From Trichosphaerium sp. ATCC 40318 (Eukaryota; Protista; Tubulinea): a stretch of DNA of 64,000 nucleotides. Where the stretch lies: positions 33,836 to 97,835 of the forward strand of contig JALMLS010000642.1 of the NCBI GenBank assembly GCA_038496445.1, written 5' to 3'. Below, piece by piece: positions 51,043 through 61,200 of the stretch (its first letter is position 1; the number at the start of each line of letters is the position of its first letter). Below the pieces are notes generated by a model. It had not been told where the DNA came from. It saw nothing but the letters and a program-made list of their open reading frames with translations, and did not search any database. Position numbers and translations under genes: made by a program.

Positions 51043-53799
51043 ATGAGTGAATCAAAAGGTAACGCCATTGATGCTGCCACAAAATTGGCTGCTACAGTAT
51101 CTTCTGCAAAGACCCCAACGTCGTTCAGCGGTATATACGAGAATTACCCTCAGGCGTCAATGAAAGACTTTTTCTCGTATTCAGAAAGCAGTGAGGAAGA
51201 GCGTAATCAGTGTTTACACATTTTTAACGATCATTTGAACAAAATTAGTACGTTAGTTGTAGTACCTCGTTATTTCGCGGTATTTAGGCGTTCTTTTGGC
51301 TATGAAAGCGTAAACGCTTATGCACTAACACCGTTGTAGCATCTCCAAGTTTCTTCTGTATTTCAGCGCTTTGTATGGCTGGAGGCGCTACAGTAGAAGC
51401 TAAAGCAGGTAATATCTAAATATCAAAATGTCACTTTTAACAACGTCAAGATCCCTCCATCATGGTTACAAACGTTCTCAAATATGTTGAAATGGTAGCA
51501 AAGGGTGCTCTTAAAGTTCAACGAGAGCTAAAACGTAAGGGAATCAACTCAGCGACGCAGAAGGATGTGCGGAAATAAATAGCTTTTTTTTTTTTTCGAA
51601 AGAAAGCACTTATCAACAAGTAGGTCGATACTGAGGTGATACAAGATTTACAGAGTAAAGGACTTGTTTCATATTCAGACATAGATGCTTGGGTATCTTT
51701 ATCATATTTTATGATTCCAGCAATGGCATTCACATCGAGAATGCAAAGCGAGAGGTAACTTTACCTTTTAGTTTACTTTTTTTTCTTTCTTACTTTTTTC
51801 TTGTTTAGAGCAAAACTGAGAACAAGTCATCCTGACTTTGTTTATACTATTAATCAGCTAGCAAAAGTACAAGGAAAAAACGCATCTATTGATACATCTG
51901 TTTATTATCTATATAACATGCTCAACTCTGTTGTTGATGGTGCAGAAGTGTTAGTTCTTCATCCTAAGAAAAAACTCGGATGTGTTGTTAACGTATTTGG
52001 TGTTCAAAACAATCTACAGTTCATGACCTTATTTCAAGATCAAATACGTCAATCCTGCGCTGATAAATGGGGTGTATCTTTAGAAATATCAGAAGCCTCT
52101 AAGAGAGTTCTTAAAATAGCAAAAGTTGAAGTACATGTGGGCAAAACAGACGGACAAATATATGATCACGTACATACAATAACAAGAGTTGTTTAAGTTC
52201 TGTTAGTTAACTTCTAAAATTTTAGGCATGTTGGTCGTATACTGATTCTAGCGGTTGCGTGGATAAACCAGAGCTCCACAAATGTAGTTTGCACGGACTT
52301 GAGACAGTTGAAGATTTACCAACAGTCCCTTTTAAAGATGAAGGCGGTTTGGAACATAACTATCATGTTATCATATTACATGATCTTGAAAAAGATCAAA
52401 AACCTGTGAAGTGGGTTCCCACATTGTTTTGTCCTTTACACGATGCTTTAAAGGTACGTCAACTAGTTATGAATTAACCAAGTTTTGTTAAGTTTTTGAA
52501 ATAGGCTTCAACACGAATTATCAAGACACTTGATGAAGAACAAGTATTATCAATGGTTGCAAGTTTGAAGAAAAACACTGATGAAGAGTCTTACATCAAA
52601 TACTCACATATTGCATGTAACTATATGAAGGTTCGTTTATGACAACAAAAAGGTTTTCCCCCTTAAGTAATAATTTGTAAAAAAAGTCTTACGCGATAAT
52701 AGAGGCAACTCCCTGTGTTTTCATCAAATACAAGTGTTACATCTATAGATACTGATGTAGGAACGATTATACCAAAAGTATTAGAGATGCAACGTATACA
52801 AGATGAGAAAATGTACTCTCTTTTGAGTTTTACTGTTATTGGTCCAAACGTGCAAAAAACAACAAGTGGAGATGAAGAAGGAATTGAAGTCAAACTAATG
52901 GGTATTGGTAGTTCAATGAAAATAGCTACACAAAATGGTAAGATAACTATAAACCAAAGAACTAAACTTTAATTTCAAATAGCTGTTGATGAGTATATCA
53001 ATGGACCTCTTATTTCGTTAAAAAAAACATTTGTGACAGGAGTTGGACCTGAAATGCAAATGGCTGTGACACGTGTCGGTTCATGTGATGACAATGGAGA
53101 GTAAGTTATCCAAAGCTTATGCATAAGTCAAATCTGATTTTGTTGCCTTAGACATCTTGTGAGGATGTTCGGAGCTTATTGTAGTCCAATACAGTTCATC
53201 GAGTATACAAAAAACAAAGGTAAGCGTTCCTGAAATATAGCTCTAAAAACTTGGAAATAACACACGTCATTTGACTTTCAATACAAGGAATGGCTTGTTG
53301 TGCATAGCGCTTATGACATCCAATTTTTCATAGTTTTTTTTGCCGCTCTGTTATTGATAAAAATCACGTGTTTTCTTATGCATAAAAATGATTTCACTGA
53401 CCGTCTTTTTCTATTTATTTTGCTCATTATATTATCTAGGGGGCATGGAGGAAGCAAAGAAATTATTAAAAGACAAGCTTGCGGGCAACAGTCATCCTTT
53501 TATAATATTAATGCAACCATTGATAGATTGGATAGCAGAGCAATCAGATGATATTGCTACATTTTGTGTTAAACTTTTCTTTATGAAAAACTTAGCTACA
53601 GGTGATATTGAAGGTGAAGTTGTTATAGATAATATACCAAACCTGCATGGAAAACGAACCTTTATTTCTAACTTCAAATGGCCAGAGTATTCAAAGGATA
53701 TTATTCTTGGCTTCCGTCTATTTTTTGTATTACATAACAGATCTAAATAAAACATGATTTTTACATATTTCTCGTTATGTAGTTGCCGTTATGTATTGA
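51043..53799 (+). CDS. Hypothetical two-domain protein resembling uncharacterised bacterial families
   Basis: About 10 exons splice in frame; EVLVLHPKKKLGCVVNVFGVQNNLQFMTLFQD motif; C-terminal LMGIGSSMKIATQNAV..VKLFFMK..GEVVIDN..FKWP. Confidence 0.65.
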
Positions 53800-54246
53800 C
53801 TGTTCCCTAATCCTCTTTGGTATTGGATGGTGCTGGCTATAAAGTTTTGTATTACCTTATAAACGGCCTGTATTGGTATGCGCCTTAGAGGTTACTTTTT
53901 TTTGATGTATGTTTGCTACTTAAATGGATCATGTAGGCTTTCAACACCTTCTGCACTGCCCAAATATGAATACTCGAGCCCTGTATGTATTTCCATTAGG
54001 ATGCATGTAAAAGAGTGAGTAAGAGAATCCAACGACAAATAAATAGAAATAAGTTGTTTTGTTTGATCTACAATTCTGAAAACTATTTTAGGTGTCTGTT
54101 ACAACATTTCATGTTTCGTATATCTGTTGTAAATTGGCTAGCAGTAGTAATGGCATCATACAAATTAGAATATGTGGAACCAGGGACAGCTGTCACAAGC
54201 ATACGTTACAAATCGATTGTATTCTTTTGTTCCGTACGGTTTGATG

Positions 54247-54610
54247 CTAATTTGCTTTCAAGTTACCATCTTCATGCCATACTTTACGCTCTCTAACTTC
54301 TTTACCATCAGCATAAAACCTATGTTCCTTCAATTGGCAGTTTTAGCCACACCTTGAATTCTCAATCAAACTTACCATTTACAAAGTAGCATTCTCTTAG
54401 TAGTTCGCCACTCTCATACCAACTCTTATATACCCCTACTGAATCACCATTAACACAATTATCAAGATGTTTTAACTGTCCATTAGGACACCAAGTCTTG
54501 TATTCTCCTTCTTTTTCGCCATTCACATACTGATCAAATATGTTTTAAGTTACCATTGTGAAACCAACTGTCTTCTCCGTTGAGCTCATCTTGTACATAA
54601 TAACATTTCT
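54247..54610 (-). pseudogene. Decayed MORN-variant repeat gene
   Basis: Reverse strand reads WFHNGNLKH/QYVNGEKEGEYKTWCPNGQLKH..NGDSVGVYKSWYESGELLRECYFVNGKFD*EFKVW/QLKEHRFYADGKE..WHEDGNLKAN* with frameshifts and an in-frame stop. Confidence 0.8.
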
Positions 54611-54828
54611 TAATCGCCATTTGATTGTAATTACCATTGAGCTACTACTAGTACCATCCAATACAACTACATGGTAAGTACCTATTGTGTCACATTGGAT
54701 CTCTGATGCCTGCGTCGAAGAGTGAATATAGGAAAGTTATTGGAAAGTAATTAAATGAATCCCGACGTGTCAAAGTATACCTGACTTAACCTACCAAACA
54801 GTTTACAGTGAAACCGTAGTTGCCCACA

Positions 54829-55823
54829 ATGGCTGAAACGGAAGCAAAACAGCACGAATTTGATGTCTTTATGTTAGAAGACGGCGGACACATTGCTTAT
54901 TGCAAGTACGTTTAAAAACATTCGCTTTCGCAGGACTGTAGTGTAATTTAGTCATTTCACGCGTTTTTACGTATTTGGTGTAACATTTCTCCACTGAACG
55001 CTTCTTATTCAATAAATTAATTATCTTTCGCCAAAAAACAGTTGTGAATGTAACGTGGCGCGTTTTGAACAACTACTAAGTTCTACACTAGAGATTTTTT
55101 AACAAAAGAACGCGCTGACGCTGTTTTCAAGCACTTAATGGAAGATTGCTCTTGGGAGCACCCTAAAATGACAAAAGGCAAAGACTCATGGTTCATTCCA
55201 AGACTACAATGTACGCAAACAACGCCAAACGCGATGTCACCTGTCCTGGTGTTCAAAATCCTCCGTCCTGGTTTAAATGAATGGTGTTTTTAATACGAGC
55301 TTAGCGTGGATGGCAGATGAAGGCATTTCAAACAAACTAGCTTCTTTATACCAGAAACAACCTTCAATGCGTTGGTCAGAACCAATACAAGAGATCAGAA
55401 ATGAAATAGAAAAACAGTTTGATTGTAAGTTTGATTATTGCTTATTGAATCAATACAGAGATGGAAAAGATAGGATAGGGTTTCATTGTGATGATGAAGC
55501 AATAAAAGAGGGTTTACAGACAGTAGCATCACTATCAATTGGTAAGAAAATTCTACGTCTTCGAACTTTGATTGTATTTTTTTTTGGTTTTTGTGGCGGT
55601 TCTTTTGGCTAACTGTTGGGTTTTAGGAGCTACCAGGAGGTTTGTTCTTCGTCATGCAACACGTAAAGATATAAAAGAGCTTGTTTTCGAGTTAGAACAT
55701 GGATCTATGCTTCTAATGCTTGGTGATACTCAAAAAAATTGGAAGCATGGATTACCTAGAGATAAAAAGGTTAAGAATGCTAGAATAAATGTCACATTTC
55801 GTATAGCTATTGCAAAAACGTGA
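54829..55823 (+). CDS. AlkB-family Fe(II)/2OG dioxygenase (ALKBH2/3-like)
   Basis: PRLQSW, CLLNQYRDGKDRIGFHCDDE (HxD), ASLSIGATRRF, LEHGSMLLM, WKHGLP, RINVTFR. Confidence 0.92.
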
Positions 55824-56305
55824 TTTGTGTGACGACCCTAACTAGTTATCTTAAAAGATTGTAAAAGAAGTTCTTAATTGTAATAAACCAAGTGTTTTGT
55901 TAAAAAGTACTATCTGTTTTATATGATAGCAAACGCATAACAGATGAAGTTGTAAAGGTATTGGGTACATGTGAAATTGATTTCCAGCATGGAATGTACA
56001 TAAATATCAGTGCCATTTAGAACACCATTATTGACACTCTGCCTTTCTCTTCACTTTCTATTCATTTAACAACACGTACTCTACATAAGACGCAGCAAAT
56101 ATTTAAAAGGTGTACATACTATTAACTTCACAAAGTGTATAAACATTATAACACGTTTCAAATCACTTGCTGGAGTTAAACAATAAACTTCTTCAATTGT
56201 ACACAAGCAATAGATGAAGGCCTTAAAGCGCTTAAAGGCCATTAATTTGGTACTTCACTACACATTTTAATTAGCCAGACATCATAGCAGTTTATCATTG
56301 AAACG

Positions 56306-57705
56306 TCAAGGACACCTTTTATGTATGACTGTTGGACCCCATTCATCGTACTCTTCCTTTGATATCCTATGCAAAAAAAAAATGAGCCAGAATCTGTGTA
56401 TTTAGGTAGTGTGATATTAATCTAGAAGATAGGTACCATTTTTTCTCAAATTCCGGTTTACACAACATCAATGAAGCGCCTTTCCATGCAGGATAATGTC
56501 TATCCTCAAAGCATGGCATTGAAATATTGACTCCACCTTTGCTGTTTAAAGCAGTAAGCTCTAACTCCAGTCTATCAGCAAACCCAGGGAACAGCGTTGA
56601 ACCCCCACATACCAAAATATCGCTGTTTGAAGATGACTGATTGTTAACAAACTTGTGTTGATAAACTCAATGAATAATATTGTACCTTTTTAGAGTTTTG
56701 TTTGTGCGCTTTTTGCACTAGATGGTGTACACCGCTGCAATTCTTATTTAGCAAACATGGGTTGAAAAGAGCTTCTGGACAGGAAAATCTCTCAAAACCA
56801 ATCTAACATTTTGTTACAACATCAAAAAAAAAGTAAACTTCTTACCTTGTCAAGTCCAAGAGTCGGTTGTGATATATCCTTTTCGTAATTATAGTTGCTA
56901 CTAACATAACATATATTTTCTTTAATATAATCAACTTCTTTTCTAACCAATTGCGAGCTCTCACCAAGTGATGCACCAGTCTCTGCAAGCATGTTTTTTA
57001 AGAAAAAACTTAGATCTCTTCCGCCTATCTCTGACTTTTGACATGATTTTCGGATTGTGATACCGTTTTGTACAAGAACAGCATATGTAATAGTATCTCC
57101 AGAATACAGTACGACCCCATCAGAAATTCCAGCAGCGTCCATACAAAAAGAAGATCGTGGGGCAATATACAGGCACGGAATAGCAAACATCTCAAAGAAC
57201 ATTTGCGTTATTTTCTCTCTAAATAAACAATCACGTGGCTCACATTGCAAAAAATAAAATAAACAACACAAGCACTTGCCTACTTCTTTTTGGGTTCCAA
57301 GGTACCTCTGTAAGTACCACTGGAGTCTCTTCAGGAGCAATACGAAGAATATCATAGTAAGTCTTATAAAACATTTTCTCTGCAGCATCCCAATCTGAGA
57401 TAACACCTCGGTCTACTGGATACACCAGAGAAGAACCTTCATGGATTCTTGAACCTCCAGGCAGAGAGGTTTTACCTACTACACCAACTAGAAAATGAAT
57501 AAGCACGCAAACAGCCAAAAACGGTTCGTACAGTTTCCGTCAGATTTTCGCTCTATAACCGTTGGAAATACTGTGTGTGGTGTATTCTCTCCTATAAAAC
57601 CGACTGTACTCGTTCTGGAGCCAATATCGATTATTACAAGAGGAACTAACCAGTTTAGAACGAATTAAGCAAGTAGTTTGCTGATATAAGCAACATACGT
57701 TCCAT
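56306..57705 (-). CDS. Divergent actin-related protein
   Basis: [99 protein letters not shown]. Confidence 0.9.
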
Positions 57706-58215
57706 AGTGCCAGTTGCTTCGTTAATGACGTTGACTGTTATTGACAAATTAAATCAAATTTTTTGACGAGTTCGCTCATAGGAACCCAAGCGGAAACATA
57801 GAGCACGTTTAACTGAAAAAGATAAAAGGTAAGAATTATTTCTTACTTGACAATGACTTATTAGTTGCTGGTAGAGTTAGCATCCATTTTCTTGTATCAT
57901 TGCTGATAGCAAAATAAAGGTATCATTAACTATGGCAATAAAGGTTGCCAGTTTTAGTTACGGACACATACCATTGATTGCATCTTTTCGATAAACTCCA
58001 GCTGACATTCTACCAAATTCCGACTGTATTTAAAAATGCTTGGAGACGACAGCAAGATCTAATATCTCAGGCACAATTCTATGGTTACGGCATGTGCAGA
58101 AAAAAAAAGACGCTCAGTTTGTATGTATGTACATGGTTTATTCTTTTGTTACAATTACACGTGCTCCTCTTCAGAAACGAGAGATTAAAAATAGATTTGA
58201 AAAAACTTTCAATCT

Positions 58216-61200
58216 TTACATACCAGTATTAGTCTGTGCCTTTATACGATTCAATCTCTCCCTCAAATTAGAGAGAGATGATGTAGAAGGTTGTACAGTA
58301 CCAGCAGCTTCAGGAGCAGCACCTACAACATTCATAACAGGCGCTGGAAGTGGCGCACTGTGCATCCTTTGATCAGGAATACGTGAAGACGAAGAAGAGT
58401 TCTTTGCTTGCAAAGCTTGAAGGCGATTTCTAAGTGATCCATACGCAGAAGATGCTCCAGGTGCAGGCTGCATAGGTGCGGGCTGCATAGGTGCGGGCTG
58501 CATAGGTGCGGATGCGCCAAGCTGATTCACTGTGTTATCTGCAGGCGTAGTAGTAGGGTTTGTCATGCGCGCGAGGCGGGATTTTAAATCAGTGATTGAT
58601 TGAGCTGTGGTTGGCGGTTTGTTTGTAATATCCTTCAATCGTGTTTTTAGGTCTTGTATCGAAGCAGGTGGTACAGAAGGTTTAGGTGCTGGTGCTTCGT
58701 ATGATCTAGAAGGTTTTGTAACTGCATTGATACGTGCACGCATAGCCTATAATAAGATTGTGAGTACTTAAAAACAAACGAAAAAAAAAGAAAAAAACAA
58801 GAACGAAATAGTGGGCAAAAAAAACGAACCTCAAGAGACACTGGTCGTGACATTGGTGCTACTGAAGAAGAAAGATTACGCATACTCGAATTGATAGTAG
58901 AACTATCAATGCCAACTTGTTGCTTATACGAGAGTAATCTTGATCTGTATCCATCAACAGTCAAAGTGGATTGAAGAGTCCCTAATTTGACGCTAGGATC
59001 TCTGTTTGAATACGCTGGAGCGTCCTCGTTTCTTAGTTGGTTCAAACCTCGTTGCACATATAGTTGGAACTTTGAGCTTGTCTGACGGAGGTATGGGTCA
59101 AGAGAAAGGGAAGGATGCTTCTTGGTAAATGCATAGAGTTCTTGGAGTCCTTTTTTCGTAGTTGTTGGTTGAACAACCATTCTGAAGATATTGCGAAGTC
59201 TTGTCTTCTCATCGCTTTGAGATGGTGTAGCCATAACCATAGACTTTGCAGGAGAGTTCATACGGCGAGTACTAGGACTAGGCATATGTGTCATCGCAGC
59301 TTCAAGCTCATATTTAACCTAGGAAGAGGATAAATCATACAAAGTTTTTTTAAAAACAGAACAAAAACCAAAAGCTCGGTTTCTAATTATACTTACGTGT
59401 GGGTGGTGTTTCTCAAGCATAAGCTTAATAAACGAAAGAACAGTAGGTGGAGGATATAGTTTAGGGATCAAATCTAATTCATCAAGAATATCACCACCTT
59501 GAAGAAAGTAAGAAAACGATAAAATGCACAAAAAAAAAAAAGTAAAACTTGCACTTACCTTTCAAAACAACTAACTGATTTAACAGAGTACGAACAACAT
59601 TATTAGGTGTTGCATCACGTCCTTGAACTCTCCAGTATGATTGAGGGAATGCAGCAAAGAAATTATGAATCTCACCTAAAGAAGAAAAATAAGAACCGCG
59701 AACACCAAGAACCAAAAAAAAAAACTAACGAAAACAAACTGAAAGACGTACTGAGCAGGGAGGAGATAGATAATTTTTGAATAGTATGATTAAGACTCTT
59801 AGCACCCTTCAATACACACTTGCAAGCAAGATTAACAATACCACTTGCAGCTTGGTTTGTTTTTTGCGCTTCAAGCAAGTACTGAGATATTGTCTTCAAA
59901 AAGATTGTGAAGAAAGCGGTGGTGTCAGTGTTATCAATGATGCTCATCAACAAGAAATTAAGGCCCTACAGAACAATTAGTTTACATACAAGCTACAGGT
60001 TATACATGACTATCACATACCTTGATAATATTTGGTCCGTCCTTGAGAGGAGCAATAGCGTTCTGTGCATTGACATTAGCAAGAACAAGAATAACAACAT
60101 TTTGAAGTGTTTTTTCTTGAACTGCTTTGGCTATTGTCTTGTTTGCAAATATTTGCATCAAAGTATTCAACAAGTACTTGCAAAGACGTTGTCTTGTATC
60201 CTTCAAGTTGCTGAAACAAGTGTTCAATTTAGCACAAATAGCAGAGATCAAAGCATCAACATGTAGGATAAGTCCTGCTTCGTCTTCCTTTACTTTAGCG
60301 CATACAACCTTTAGTGTAGCTACTATTTGATTATCATCTCTTCTGTTAATCTCTACAATCCAGTTTGCAACTTGTTGTCCAGTGCTAGGCCTAAAAAGGA
60401 AACTTAATAAAACTTCTTTTATTATCTTCTTCAAAAACTCTATTAAACGTACTTTACGGTCGGAGCTTGCATTGCAGAGGCAGAATCACTCTTCAAGTGC
60501 TGTGGAATACGAGATCTTTGTCTTGGTAACTGTGGTGTAGGACCAACCATATCAGTTAGACGAGTATCAGCCAATTCAGGAGTAGGCAAAGCTTTACTTT
60601 CAATGCGCTGAAAAAAAATTAGTTTCAAGAAGGTAAGTGTTGATCAGATACATACCTTACTGCTAACCGCTTGAACTTTATCGAGTTCCAACTGTAGGTT
60701 GCTCAAAGACATACCACGATTGATTGATGGCTTAGGCTTAGGAAGAGTAGATGCACGAGAGAGCAATTTTGCAACATTAGCAGAAGGTGCTTTCTGTTGT
60801 GTAATATTAATTCTTGGGTTCGTTTTTGGTAGCAGCATGCTATAGAACAGAGATTATACACATAACAACGAAAAGAACAAAAAGGCAAGAACGTACAGTC
60901 ATTTGCTGCTGGATCACTAAAACTCTGACGAAGAAGAGTAGCAGTTTCTTCTGTGAGTTGGAAGGTAATCATATATTTGCTCCTTAATCTCAATAAATCT
61001 TCAAAAACCCTCAATACAAGCAGCCCTGAATAACAACAGAGTTTCCATGGAAGCTAGAATGTAATCCAATCACCAACACCCTAATAATTTATTACGGTCA
61101 GAGCAGCAACTCAAAGAAGAAAACAAACATACCTGTGCTTTGACAAATAGCGCAAATGAGCAGCGCACAACAACACAACACTTTGATCATTTGATGATGT

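Noticed and set aside
53800-54245. Additional gene downstream of the bacterial-like fusion
   Set aside because: Splice-like signals are present, but I could not build a consistent open frame or recognise a domain.
58458-58512. 15-bp tandem repeat (APMQP x3) as a separate element
   Set aside because: Ordinary coding microrepeat in the disordered XMAP215 tail.
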